Source: an uncultured Deinococcaceae bacterium (GTDB taxonomy: Bacteria > Deinococcota > Deinococci > Deinococcales > Deinococcaceae). From it: a stretch of DNA of 64,000 nt. The stretch is from contig CAXULY010000016.1 in assembly GCA_964252075.1 (NCBI GenBank), positions 32,001 through 96,000 on the forward strand, given 5' to 3'. Positions 7,676-21,271 of this stretch are shown here, in pieces (the stretch's first letter is position 1; the number at the start of each line of letters is the position of its first letter). The notes under the pieces are model-generated. The model was not told where the DNA came from, made no database searches, and worked only from the letters and a program-made list of their open reading frames with translations. A program made the translations under genes and the position numbers.

Positions 7676-10651
7676 TTACTTCCCGACGAAGACCGCCGTG
7701 GTCAAGCCCGGCACGGTCAGGCCATTCGCGCCCGCCTTGCTGCCCTTCACGACGGGGTCGCTGGACTTCGCCAGAACGGGGTGCAGGCTGAGCCTCAGGC
7801 CCGCGAGCGCCGGGTCCGTCACGGTGGTGGCGGCGCCGCCGCCGTTGAACACCACCACGACCTCCCGCCACGGGTTGCCCTGGCCCGGCTGGCCCGTCAG
7901 GCGCATGGCGATCACGCCCGGCGCCGCCTTCAGGAAAATCAGCTGCTTCTGCACCGCCGCGCCCGAACCCAGGCGGAACAGGGTGCTGGAGGCGCGCACG
8001 GCGAGCATCTCGCGCAGGTGGTCACTGGCGCGGGTGCGGTCCGCTGCCGTCACGCGCAGTTTAGGGTTCGCGAGCAGGGTCTTATACAGCGGCCAGCCCT
8101 CCTTGTTTTTCTCGGCGGGCGGCAGGCCACGCCCGAAGCCGTTGTCGGCGCCCGTCCAGTGAATCTCGTTGAACCAGTCACCGCTGTTGTAGCTGTCCGT
8201 GTCGAAGCTCTTCGAGCGCAGCAGTTCGTCACCCGCGTGGATGAAGGGCACGCCCTGTCCGAGCAGCAGCACGCTCTCCGCGAGGTTCTGCATCCGCACC
8301 CGTTGTGCGGTGGTGGCGCCGCGCGGGGCCTTGAGCAGCACGGCGTCCCACAGGGTCTGGTTGTCGTGCGCGCTCGCGTAATTGATGGCCTCGGTGGGGC
8401 TGGCGGTGTACCCGGCCGGCGCGCCGTTGTAGTCCACCTGCCCGCCTGTCATGGTCTTGCCGGTGGAGTCGGTCAGTTTATAGTCGCGCAGGTTCCCGGT
8501 CAGGCCGAGCTTCACGAGGTCCGTGAGCTTCCCGAGGCGGGCCGCGTCGGTGTTCTGCGGCTGGCCGTTCGGAAGGCCCACGAGGCCCGTCGCGAAGCCC
8601 TGGTCCTGCAGGCCCCCGAAGGGATTCCCGCCGCGCAGCGCGTCCCGGATGCGGTCGTTGAAGGTCCCGATGCCCTGCCCGTACAGGTTCACCTGCGTGG
8701 CGTTCACGCCGCGCTTGCCGCCCTGCACCTCCCCGAAGTCCCAGCCCTCGCCGTAGAGGTAGATCTTCTTGCCGTTCACCCCGTCCTTCTGCAGGGTCAG
8801 GGCGTCCAGCGCGCGGCGCACCGCCTGCATGTCCGCGACCATGTGGTGCCCCATCAGGTCGAAGCGGAAGCCGTCCACCTTGTAGGTCCTGGCCTGCCAC
8901 ACCAGGGCGTCCACCATCAGCTTGCGCATCATGTGGTGCTCCGTGGCGGTGTTGGAGCAGCAGGTGCTGTTCTCCACTCCACCGTCCGTGTTCAGGCGCT
9001 GGTAATAGCCGGGCACCACCTGGTCCAGCACGCTCATGGGATCCTGCCCGCTGGCCGCCGTGTGGTTGAACACTGCGTCCTGCACCACCCGCAGGCCCGT
9101 CCCGTTCAGCGCCGCGACCATCTGGCGGTACTCCAGCGTGCGCGCGTCCGGATTCACGGCGTAGCTGCCCTCCGGCACGAGGTAATGGTAGGGGTCGTAG
9201 CCCCAGTTGAAGCCGTCCGCGTTCTGCACCTTCGTCACGGCGGCCTGCTGCGCGTCACTGTCGGGCGGGAGCTGGCTCAGGTCGCCGGGCGTCTGCCACT
9301 GGCTCCTGTCCTCGTTGATGCTGGTCGTGGCGATGTCGAAGGTGGGCAGCAGGTGCACGGCCCGCAGGCCCGCGTCCGCGAGGGCCTTGAGGTGCCGCAT
9401 CCCGTCGCTCTTCACGTCCGTGAAGGCCAGGTACGTGCCGCGGTGCGCGGCGGGCACGCTGGCGTCCGCCACGCTGAAGTCCCGCACGTGCAACTCGTAC
9501 AGGCTGAGGTCCGCGAAGCTCCGCAACTCGGGCTTCTTGAGCTTGTCCCAGCCCTTCGGCATGCTGGCCGGGTCGTTCAGGTCCGCGATCACGCCCTGGG
9601 TGCTGTTGTGCGTGAGGGCCACCGCGTAGGGGTCCGTCACGAGGTTCCTCTCGACCTTCCCGGTTGTGGGCGCGAAGACCCGCACCTCGTACAGGTAGCC
9701 CTGGCCCTTCCAGCTCGCGTCGCCTGTGGCACTCCACACGCCGCGCTCGCCGCGCGTCATGGGCAGCACCCGCTCCTGAGTGCCCTGGAACAGGTGCAGC
9801 TTCACGTCCTGCGCGGTGGGCGCCCACACGCGCAGGGTCGGGGCACCACCCGACCAGCTCAGGCCGAGGGGACCGTCGTACACGTCCAGGTCGTCCAGCG
9901 CGCCCCACAGCTGCACGCCCGTCGCGTCGATGAGCTTGTCGTCCAGGCCGGTGGAGGAGAGCGCCAGTTGCCCGCGCAGCAGGTCCGGCACCTTCGCGGC
10001 GTCCTCGGGCCGCACCTGCACCAGCGCGTAGTCCGCGAGGTAGGGGTACTTGGCTTTCAGGTCCACGCTCAGCCCGCCGTCCACCCGCACGAGCGGCACC
10101 TCCGTCCCGCCCGTGATGCCCGTGGGCGTGAGCTTCAGGTCACCTGTCGCGCTGCCGTACAGGTTCACCAGCGCGCCGTTCGCGATCAGCGCGGGCTTCA
10201 CGGCGATCAGGTCCTTCGTCAGCCAGATCGCTTGCCGCTTCCCCAGGTCGCCCACCACACGCTGGCTGGGGTCCGGCTGCTGGGTGTACACGGTGTTGTC
10301 GCCGCTGATAATCCAGGCCTCCCTGCCGTCCTTGCTGAGTAAGGTCATGTCCGGGCCGGGGTCCTTGGTGTCCCCGCTGTGCACGATGAAGTTCAGCTTC
10401 TGCCAGCCCGCCTTCATGGGCACGTCCCAGTACGCGCCGAAAGGGTCCTTGCCGGTCTGCGCGAGGGGCTTGGTCCACTCCACCTGCGCGGTGGTGTCCT
10501 CCCACACGTGCAGGCCCCACGGCGCGTAGTTGCCGTCGGCGCGGAAGTAATGCATGCGGGCGGTGCCCTCCGGCAGGGCCGCCTGAGCGAGCGTGGGGGT
10601 GAGGCCCAGCGTGAGCAGGGCGAGCGTGACGAACGCTGCGGCGTGACGCAT
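7676..10651 (-). CDS. pulA: Secreted pullulanase-type alpha-1,6-glucosidase (GH13, N-terminal CBM41-like domain)
   Basis: Signal peptide, WGLHVW, YELHVRDFS, FNWGYDP, DGFRFDLMG, YGEGW and AHDN. Confidence 0.92.
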   Translation of the reverse strand: MRHAAAFVTLALLTLGLTPTLAQAALPEGTARMHYFRADGNYAPWGLHVWEDTTAQVEWTKPLAQTGKDPFGAYWDVPMKAGWQKLNFIVHSGDTKDPGPDMTLLSKDGREAWIISGDNTVYTQQPDPSQRVVGDLGKRQAIWLTKDLIAVKPALIANGALVNLYGSATGDLKLTPTGITGGTEVPLVRVDGGLSVDLKAKYPYLADYALVQVRPEDAAKVPDLLRGQLALSSTGLDDKLIDATGVQLWGALDDLDVYDGPLGLSWSGGAPTLRVWAPTAQDVKLHLFQGTQERVLPMTRGERGVWSATGDASWKGQGYLYEVRVFAPTTGKVERNLVTDPYAVALTHNSTQGVIADLNDPASMPKGWDKLKKPELRSFADLSLYELHVRDFSVADASVPAAHRGTYLAFTDVKSDGMRHLKALADAGLRAVHLLPTFDIATTSINEDRSQWQTPGDLSQLPPDSDAQQAAVTKVQNADGFNWGYDPYHYLVPEGSYAVNPDARTLEYRQMVAALNGTGLRVVQDAVFNHTAASGQDPMSVLDQVVPGYYQRLNTDGGVENSTCCSNTATEHHMMRKLMVDALVWQARTYKVDGFRFDLMGHHMVADMQAVRRALDALTLQKDGVNGKKIYLYGEGWDFGEVQGGKRGVNATQVNLYGQGIGTFNDRIRDALRGGNPFGGLQDQGFATGLVGLPNGQPQNTDAARLGKLTDLVKLGLTGNLRDYKLTDSTGKTMTGGQVDYNGAPAGYTASPTEAINYASAHDNQTLWDAVLLKAPRGATTAQRVRMQNLAESVLLLGQGVPFIHAGDELLRSKSFDTDSYNSGDWFNEIHWTGADNGFGRGLPPAEKNKEGWPLYKTLLANPKLRVTAADRTRASDHLREMLAVRASSTLFRLGSGAAVQKQLIFLKAAPGVIAMRLTGQPGQGNPWREVVVVFNGGGAATTVTDPALAGLRLSLHPVLAKSSDPVVKGSKAGANGLTVPGLTTAVFVGK

Positions 10652-10756
10652 GGTTGTTCTCCTTCGGGAGCCATTTAACCATGTCGGTCACGGGCGCCCT
10701 CCCGTGGCACACTGGGCCGTGCCCCGTTTCGCCTCACGCGCCGCCGGAGCGCGCGC

Positions 10757-11203
10757 ATGACCCCCGACCCCCAGCGCACGCAGGCACTCCTTCAGGCCTA
10801 CCGGGACACCCGTTACGAGGTGCTGGACGGCGGTGAGCTGATCGTGGCGCGCATCGGCGAGCGCAGCGCGGCGCTGGACGCGCTGCTGCAGCGTCACGGC
10901 GTGCAGGAGGGCAGCTTCCTGACCGCCTGGAACCCCGCGAGCGAGGCGCGCAGCCTGGAGGAGAACACCCGCGCGCACCACCGCCTGCTGGACACCCTCG
11001 CCCATCGCGGCCAGCGGCACCTCCCGCACACGGGCCGGTCCGAGGACCTGAACTGGAGCGAGGAGGGCGTGTTCCTGCTCGGCGGGTCGCTTCAGGACGC
11101 GGTGGCGCTGGCCGTGGACTTCGGGCAGTACGCGCTGGTGCACGTGGCGTCCGGCGAGCCGCCCCGGCTGGTGCCCACCCGGCTGCTCGACGCGGGCGCC
11201 TGA
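10757..11203 (+). CDS. DUF3293 family protein
   Basis: AYRDTRY, FLTAWNP, WSEEG and FGQYA motifs. Confidence 0.75.
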   Translation: MTPDPQRTQALLQAYRDTRYEVLDGGELIVARIGERSAALDALLQRHGVQEGSFLTAWNPASEARSLEENTRAHHRLLDTLAHRGQRHLPHTGRSEDLNWSEEGVFLLGGSLQDAVALAVDFGQYALVHVASGEPPRLVPTRLLDAGA

Positions 11204-11260
11204 GGCGGCGCCGCCAAGGGGCAGCCGGGGCAGGTGCGCGCCGCATGAACGCCCACCCCA

Positions 11261-12271
11261 TCAGGGGGCACTCAGGTCGCGCTGCACGCGCGCGAGGGTG
11301 TCCTCCAACTGTTCCAGGCTCGGCAGGATGAAGCGCCGGATCACCTCCAGCGCCGCCGCGTCCTGCTCGGGGCGCGTGTGCTCGTGCAGCACGGCGTGCA
11401 CGTCCACCGCGATGTCCTCCAGCACCCGCCGCCGCAGGTAGAAGCCCAGCAGCGCGACGTCGGGGGGTTGGGCGTCCCCCGAGGCCGCCCAGTACGCGGG
11501 CAGCACTTCGGGCAGGCGCTCGTGCAGCATCCACAGGTCATGCTCGGGCGGCGCGAGTCGGGCGGACTCCCAGTCAATGAGCCACAGCTCCCCCCCGTCG
11601 TCCCGCATGACGTTGCCTCCGTGCGCGTCCGTGTGGCACAGCACGAGGCGCGGCGGGCGGGTCAGGGCCTGCCGCTGCGCCCCCCGCAGGTCATTCAGCA
11701 GGTGTCGCAGGTGCGCCTCGCGCGGCGCCAGCAGGGCCGCGAGCGCCTGCACGCCGGGACGACCGTCCGTACCGGACCGCAGGTGCGCGAGGTCCCGTTG
11801 CAGCGGTCCGTCGAAGGGCAGCGCGAAGTCCTCGGGTGGGAAGGGCAGTGAGGGCGCGGCCTCCAGCACCGCCCGCGTGCCCGCGTGCAGGCGCCCCAGC
11901 AGCGGCGCGAGCTCCCCGAGCGCCGCCGTCCAGCTGTCCCCGAGCGGGCGCCCCTCAATCCACGCGTACACGATCAGCGAATGACCCTCAAGGCGCGTGA
12001 TGGGCGCACCACCCAGGGTGAGGAGCGGCCGGGGCACCCGGTCCAGCACCCCGCGGTCCCGCAGGGCGCGCAGCAGGGGCAGTTCCGCCGCCGCCTGGCC
12101 CGAGCGGGTGTCCGGCAGCAGCTTCGCGAACCAGCGGCCCCCCGGCCCGTCCAGCCGGTAGGCGGGCGCGGAGCCGTGCGGCAGGAACGCGGCGGTGTCG
12201 GGCGTCAGGCCATACCGTTCACGCACCGCGCCCAGCAGCGCCGCGCGGTCCAGGGGAGGCTCAGCGCTCAT
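11261..12271 (-). CDS. Aminoglycoside phosphotransferase (APH)/choline-kinase-like phosphotransferase
   Basis: Brenner motif LCHTDAHGGNV and LIDWE..RLAPPEHDL. Confidence 0.85.
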   Translation of the reverse strand: MSAEPPLDRAALLGAVRERYGLTPDTAAFLPHGSAPAYRLDGPGGRWFAKLLPDTRSGQAAAELPLLRALRDRGVLDRVPRPLLTLGGAPITRLEGHSLIVYAWIEGRPLGDSWTAALGELAPLLGRLHAGTRAVLEAAPSLPFPPEDFALPFDGPLQRDLAHLRSGTDGRPGVQALAALLAPREAHLRHLLNDLRGAQRQALTRPPRLVLCHTDAHGGNVMRDDGGELWLIDWESARLAPPEHDLWMLHERLPEVLPAYWAASGDAQPPDVALLGFYLRRRVLEDIAVDVHAVLHEHTRPEQDAAALEVIRRFILPSLEQLEDTLARVQRDLSAP

Positions 12272-12307
12272 GCCCCCACCGTGGAACGCAGGCCCACGGG
12301 GCGGACG

Positions 12308-13837
12308 TCAGCGGCCCCGAGTGCCTTCCGAGAGCGCCTCCGGCTGCCGGTAGTGCACGCCGAGGCGCCGCAGGTCCTCCAGGCGCGCGGGCAGGCGCCG
12401 CAGGAAGTCCTGCTCGTTGCGCGCCGCGCGCGGCGACCACGCGACCTCCGCGAGCGCCAGCGTGCGCGGAAACAGCATGTACTGCACGTGCCGCTCGGAG
12501 TCCATGTACTCCGTCCAGGTGTTCGCCTGCACCCCCAGGATGTGCCGCGCCTCCTCGGGCGTCAGGACGTCCGGCACGGGGTCATAGGCGTACACGCGCT
12601 CCAGCGGCGAGTGCCCCCCAATCGCGAGCGGTTCCCGGTGCTGCTCGGCCTGCAGGTGATCAAAGTACACGTGCGTCTGCGGTGTCATCACCACGTCGTG
12701 CCCCGCCTGCGCCGCCAGGATGCCGCCCTCCTCACCGCGCCACGACATGACGGTCGCGCCGGGCGCCAGGCCACCCTCCAGAATCTCATCCCAGCCGATC
12801 AGGCGCCGCCCGCGCTCCGTCAGGAAGGCGTCCATGCGCCGCATGAAGTAACTCTGCAGTTCCTCCTCGCTCTGCAGGCCCAGCTCACGCATGCGGGCCT
12901 GCATCTCGGGGCTCTGCTGCCACTCGATCTTCTTGCACTCGTCGCCGCCCACGTGAATGAAGGTGCTCGGGAAGATGTCCAGCAGCTCGGACAGCACGTC
13001 CTGCATGAAGGTGATGGTCTCCTCGCGCACGCTCAGCACCTGCTCGCTGATGTCCCACACCTTCCGCACGCCCTGCACCGGGGTGCCGTTCCCCAGCTCC
13101 GGGTACGCGGCGATGGCGGCCTGCATGTGCCCCGGCATGTCCACCTCCGGCACCACCGTGACGTGCCGCTCGGCGGCGTAGCGCACCACCTCGCGCAGGT
13201 CATCCTGCGTGTAGTACCCGCCGTGCGGCACGCCGTCGAACGTCCACCCCGGCGCGTGGTGATGCCCGACCAACGTCTCGTCGCGCCACGCGCCCACCTC
13301 GGTGAGCCGCGGGTACTTCCTGATCTCCGCGCGCCAGCCCTGGTCGTCCGTGAGGTGCCAGTGGAAGGTGTTCAGCTTGAAGTGCGCCATGACATCAATG
13401 ACGTCCTTCACGAAGGACACCGGGAAGAAGTGACGGCTCACGTCCAGCATCAGGCCGCGCCACGCGAAGCGCGGGGCGTCCTGCACCTCCACGCCGGGCA
13501 GCACGCCGCCGCGCAGCAGCTGACTGAGCGTCTGCGCCCCGTAGTACAGGCCCGCAGGACCGCCGCTCAGCCGCACGCCGTCCGGCGTGACGCTCAGGCG
13601 GTACGCTTCCGACCCGAGCGCGTCATCCAGTTCGAGGGCCATGTGCGGCCCCTGCGCCTCCTCCTGCACGGGCAGCGAGAGGCCGTGCAGGGCCGTCAGG
13701 CGCGCGCTCAGGGCGTGGGCGGCCGCCCGGGACGCGGCGTCCCGCGCGACGATGGGCGTGGAGGCCAGGACCGTGAACTGACCGGGCTGCTCCTGCAGGT
13801 GGACGGGGCATGGAATGACGGAAGGGCGCTCGGGCAT
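12308..13837 (-). CDS. Beta-N-acetylhexosaminidase (GH20)
   Basis: DAPRFAWRGLMLDVSRHF, HWHLTDDQGWR, PEVDMPGH and catalytic HVGGDE; AGGAGG RBS; no signal peptide. Confidence 0.95.
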   Translation of the reverse strand: MPERPSVIPCPVHLQEQPGQFTVLASTPIVARDAASRAAAHALSARLTALHGLSLPVQEEAQGPHMALELDDALGSEAYRLSVTPDGVRLSGGPAGLYYGAQTLSQLLRGGVLPGVEVQDAPRFAWRGLMLDVSRHFFPVSFVKDVIDVMAHFKLNTFHWHLTDDQGWRAEIRKYPRLTEVGAWRDETLVGHHHAPGWTFDGVPHGGYYTQDDLREVVRYAAERHVTVVPEVDMPGHMQAAIAAYPELGNGTPVQGVRKVWDISEQVLSVREETITFMQDVLSELLDIFPSTFIHVGGDECKKIEWQQSPEMQARMRELGLQSEEELQSYFMRRMDAFLTERGRRLIGWDEILEGGLAPGATVMSWRGEEGGILAAQAGHDVVMTPQTHVYFDHLQAEQHREPLAIGGHSPLERVYAYDPVPDVLTPEEARHILGVQANTWTEYMDSERHVQYMLFPRTLALAEVAWSPRAARNEQDFLRRLPARLEDLRRLGVHYRQPEALSEGTRGR

Positions 13838-14091
13838 GATGGACCTCCTGGGTTAAGCCCGACGTTAACACACGCCGCCCAGCGGGACACGCACGGCCAC
13901 CCCACTCCATTCGTGAGGCGGCCCCGCCTCCAGAACGGACCACCGAGCAAAACCCCCCGCTTCGCGCCGGCTTATTAGCCTCTCCCCCAGTGCCAGGCGA
14001 GCGGTCGTCAGGTACGCGGTGGAGACGGCAGCGCTGTTGTTCACCCCCTCCGCTCCGAGGGTGTTTCGACGACCCTCCACCACCGCGCCCC

Positions 14092-14640
14092 TCAACGCAG
14101 GCGGGCCGCGCCCTCCAGCCAGCCGCGCTCCGTCGCGACCTCCAGCGGCGTGCGGCCCGAGAAGTTCGCGGCGGTGACGCCCGCCCCGTGCTCCAGCAGC
14201 CAAGCGAGGGCGTCCAGGCTGCGCGCCATCACCGCCGCGTGCACCGCGCCGTCCAATCCCTCCCGCGCGCCTGCATCCCACGCGACCTGCAGCGTCCCGG
14301 GGTCCCCGGAGAGTGCCGCGTGGAACAACAGCGGGATGCCATGCGCGCCGGGCGTGCCCACGAGTTCCGGCTGAGCGGCCAGCAGCGCGCGCAGATCATC
14401 CGACCAGCCCAGCATGGCGAGCGCGCCGTGCGTGGGCGCCGCGCCCTTGTCCAGCAGGAACAGCGCCACGTCGCGGCTGCCGGTGTGCGCGGCGGCCTCC
14501 ATCGCGGACTCGTTCCACGGCGCGTACCGGGCGTCCAGCACCTCGGGGTGCGCCTCGAAGAGCGCCTGCACGCGCGTCAGGTTGCCGTGCGCGTTCGCCA
14601 CGAACTCATGCAGCGGGCCGTCGAAGTCAGGTGCAGTCAT
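14092..14640 (-). CDS. Ankyrin-repeat protein
   Basis: ESAMEAAAHTG..LLDKGA, PLLFHAALSG and GRTPLEVA ankyrin-like units; TACCCT 6 nt before ATG. Confidence 0.8.
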   Translation of the reverse strand: MTAPDFDGPLHEFVANAHGNLTRVQALFEAHPEVLDARYAPWNESAMEAAAHTGSRDVALFLLDKGAAPTHGALAMLGWSDDLRALLAAQPELVGTPGAHGIPLLFHAALSGDPGTLQVAWDAGAREGLDGAVHAAVMARSLDALAWLLEHGAGVTAANFSGRTPLEVATERGWLEGAARLR

Positions 14641-15053
14641 GAGGACAGGGTACGGGCTGGCACACCCCCGGTGTGCTGGAAGCAGGGCTGGTGGTGACTG
14701 GGCGATCCATCCGGGAAGGCCATGGGCGAGCGCGTCGGTGCGGTCAGGGCAGAACCTGAATCTGACGGCGCCAAAGTGTCTCCTGTTTACCGCTCAGGTC
14801 GTGCCGGCAAGTGCATCCTAGGTGGACACGCATTCCGCTCGTGAGGAGGTGCTCCATCCTCCAGGTGGAAGCGTCGAACCGAACCATGCCGTGACGTCAA
14901 TCTGGCACTTGCCCGGCCTGGCAGGTTGCAGGCGTGGCGCTTGCCTCTGTGAACCGGTGGTTCATGCTGATGCCCCGCCCCGCTCGGAGTCACCGCGCCC
15001 GGAGGGGCCGGATCAGGTGGTCCTTCGGTGCCTTCAGGTGCGGGTGGTGAAAG

Positions 15054-15086
15054 CCCCGCACGGCGTTGGTTTTCGCGCGTGCGGGG
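15054..15086 (-). terminator. Hairpin downstream of lysA (CCCCGCACG / CGTGCGGGG), possible terminator
   Basis: 9-bp perfect stem followed by CTTT on the minus strand. Confidence 0.4.
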
Positions 15087-15191
15087 AAGTGGGAGGCCCG
15101 CGGTCACCCTGCTGGGTGGGCAATGCGCGGCTCCGGGCGATCGTGCTCGCTCAGGCTGAGGCGTCCGGCGTGCGCGGGGTGCGTTCAGTGC

Positions 15192-16328
<1,137 letters not shown>

Positions 16329-16426
16329 GACCTTCAGCGTAGCGCGGCGCGCCCCACGCGTTGACTTCCGCGCGGTGAGTTCCGTCACGCGGCGCGCGCG
16401 GCCCCCCTGCTACACTCCTGAAGCCC

Positions 16427-17542
<1,116 letters not shown>

Positions 17543-17558
17543 GGCGAATCGCGCAGCG

Positions 17559-17589
17559 AGAAGGGCTGAGGCACCGCCTCAGCCCTTCT
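17559..17589. terminator. Bidirectional terminator-like hairpin between convergent mnmA and greA
   Basis: 14-bp perfect stem AGAAGGGCTGAGGC / GCCTCAGCCCTTCT. Confidence 0.7.
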
Positions 17590-17603
17590 GCCATGCTGGT
17601 TCC

Positions 17604-18074
<471 letters not shown>

Positions 18075-18129
18075 AACCTCGTCATTATAGGCCGGGGGGC
18101 GGGGCGCCGCACCGCGCTCCCGGACCCGG

Positions 18130-19206
<1,077 letters not shown>

Positions 19207-19435
19207 GGGTCAAAACCTCCTGAAGCGGCGCGTTGCGCGGCACGGGACCCTTGCGGACCCGCGCCGTTTCGGCGTGCCTTCACTTCATTCTGCATCAACA
19301 CTCACGCGCGTCGGGGCGCAAGTGGGGCATGGTGGGGGCGCCGCACTGCAGTCAAGGCGCGTCAGGGGCCAGACGCTTCCGCCCGATCAGTGGGCTGCGT
19401 CCTCCGACGTGGCCGCACCGCGAGCAGCGCTGGGC

Positions 19436-20758
19436 TCAGTCGCGCTGCCCGCTGCGGTTCGCGTCCGGCGCGCCCAGGTGCGCCAGCACCTCGCGCGCGG
19501 CGCGTTCGCCGCTCATCAGCGCGCCCTCCATGGTGGCGGTGTGCCCCGCCGTGGCGGTCGCCTCACCCGCGAAGAACAACGTGTTCGCCATGGGCGCGCT
19601 CAGGGCGTCGCGCGCCTCCAGCGCGCCCGCCGGGACGAAGCTGTACGCGCCGCGCGCGTACGGGTCCGCGCCCCAGTCGTGGTAATGCCAGCCCACCACC
19701 TGCGCGCCCACCAGCGTGTGCGGCAGGTTCAGGGCCCGCGCGAGGCTCTCCAGCACCACGCTGCGCAACTCTGCCTCACCGAGCGCCCGCAGGTGCTCGG
19801 CGGCCCGCCCGCCCGCCCACGCCACCAGGAGGGGCGCGTGCGCGGGCAGGCGGGTCCAGAAGGTCGGGACCGCCTCTGCGGTCTGCAGGAACTTCAGGGC
19901 GAACAGGCTGGCCCCGTCCGCCCGCAGGTCCTCCCAGAAGCGGTCCCGGAAGCGCAGCGTGACCTTCACGACGCTGCCCATCGCGAGGCGCCGCGCCGCC
20001 GCGCGGTGCTCCGGCACGTCCGGCGCGAAGGTCACGGCGCCCTCACCGGCCTCCGCCTGCCACACCCCGATGGGCAGCGTCACGACCGCCGCGCGCGCGT
20101 GCAGCGGGCCGCGGCTGGTGTCCACCGCCACCTCGCCCGGGGCCCAGCGCACCTCGCGCACCACGTGCCCCAGGTGCAGGGCGCCCTGCAGGTCCGCCGC
20201 GAGGTGCGTGGCGAGGCGGTCGTTGCCGCTCAGCGTGTGGAACTGCCCGCTGGTCTGCCCGCCCGGTTCGTTCGCCTCCACCTCCAGAAACCAGCGCAGG
20301 CTCACTTCATCCACGGGCGCCGCGTCGAAGCCCTCCACGTACTGCGCGACGCGCGCCCGCACCTCCCGCCACGTGTCGCCCGGCACGACCGTTTCCAGCG
20401 CCCTCTGGAGCGTCACGTCCGCGCCCTCGCGCGGCAGGTGCGGCAGCACCTCATCCAGCCCGACGCGGATGCCGTCCTCGCGCCGCAGACCCGCGTGACT
20501 CGACCAGGAGTCCCCGGTCGTCTCGATCAGCGCGGCGCCCGCCTCGCGCAGCAACCGCCAGCTGAGGCTGTCGGGCCCCTCGATGAACTCCGCGCCGTAC
20601 TCGATGGGGTGCGGGATTTCCTGATCCATGCGGGAGTACACGCGGCCCCCCACCCGCTCGCGCGCCTCCACCACCTGCACGCTCAGGCCCGCGCGCCGCA
20701 GGGTGCGGGCGGCCATCAGGCCCGCCAGGCCCGCCCCGATCACAATCACGTCCGTCAT
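19436..20758 (-). CDS. Flavin monoamine oxidase family protein
   Basis: VIGAGLAGL, EARERVGGR, WGADPYARGAYS, FFAGEAT and TMEGA. Confidence 0.9.
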   Translation of the reverse strand: MTDVIVIGAGLAGLMAARTLRRAGLSVQVVEARERVGGRVYSRMDQEIPHPIEYGAEFIEGPDSLSWRLLREAGAALIETTGDSWSSHAGLRREDGIRVGLDEVLPHLPREGADVTLQRALETVVPGDTWREVRARVAQYVEGFDAAPVDEVSLRWFLEVEANEPGGQTSGQFHTLSGNDRLATHLAADLQGALHLGHVVREVRWAPGEVAVDTSRGPLHARAAVVTLPIGVWQAEAGEGAVTFAPDVPEHRAAARRLAMGSVVKVTLRFRDRFWEDLRADGASLFALKFLQTAEAVPTFWTRLPAHAPLLVAWAGGRAAEHLRALGEAELRSVVLESLARALNLPHTLVGAQVVGWHYHDWGADPYARGAYSFVPAGALEARDALSAPMANTLFFAGEATATAGHTATMEGALMSGERAAREVLAHLGAPDANRSGQRD

Positions 20759-20835
20759 GCGCTCAGCTTAGGGGCCACCCGAGGGTGTTGGGGTGCAGGA
20801 GGGTCAGCGCGGCTTCACGCGGCCGCCGCCCACCC

Positions 20836-21213
20836 TCAGCGCCCCAGCGAGCGCACCCGGAACGCGCGCTCCAGCAGCACGTCCAGCAGCCAGCTCACCA
20901 CCGTCAGGACCAGCGCGCCGACCACCGCCGCGCTGAAGTCCGCGACGTTCAGGCGCGTGAGGCCCGCCACGATCAGCAGCACCACGGCGTTCACGACCAG
21001 CGTGAAGAGCCCCAGCGTCAGGAGGTTCAGCGGCAGCGCGAGCAGCAGCAGCACCGGCCGGATCAGGGCGTTCACGAGGCCCAGCACCAGCCCCGCCAGC
21101 AGCGCGCTGAACGCGTCCGGCTCACCCTGGAAGTACACGCCCTGGCGGTACACGAGCGCCGTGAGCCACAACGCGAGCGCGTTCACGACGACCTTGATGA
21201 TGAAGTTCCGCAT
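20836..21213 (-). CDS. Four-TM membrane protein, YvlD/'phage holin family'
   Basis: LGLVNALIRPVL.LL.LPLNLLTLGLF signature; TACGCT 6 nt before ATG. Confidence 0.85.
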   Translation of the reverse strand: MRNFIIKVVVNALALWLTALVYRQGVYFQGEPDAFSALLAGLVLGLVNALIRPVLLLLALPLNLLTLGLFTLVVNAVVLLIVAGLTRLNVADFSAAVVGALVLTVVSWLLDVLLERAFRVRSLGR

Positions 21214-21271
21214 ACGGCCAGCGTAAAGGAGGCCCTGCCTGGCACATGAACCCACGCGTTACGCTGACGTC

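Noticed and set aside
7631..10342. Long + strand ORF (903 aa) and many similar long antisense ORFs (e.g. 11885-13978, 28336-30108, 54474-56162)
   Set aside because: Antisense shadows of real genes, caused by high GC3 bias; no recognisable motifs
20836..21213. 'Phage holin family' gene as evidence of a prophage
   Set aside because: This YvlD-like family is commonly chromosomal; no endolysin, integrase or structural phage genes are nearby
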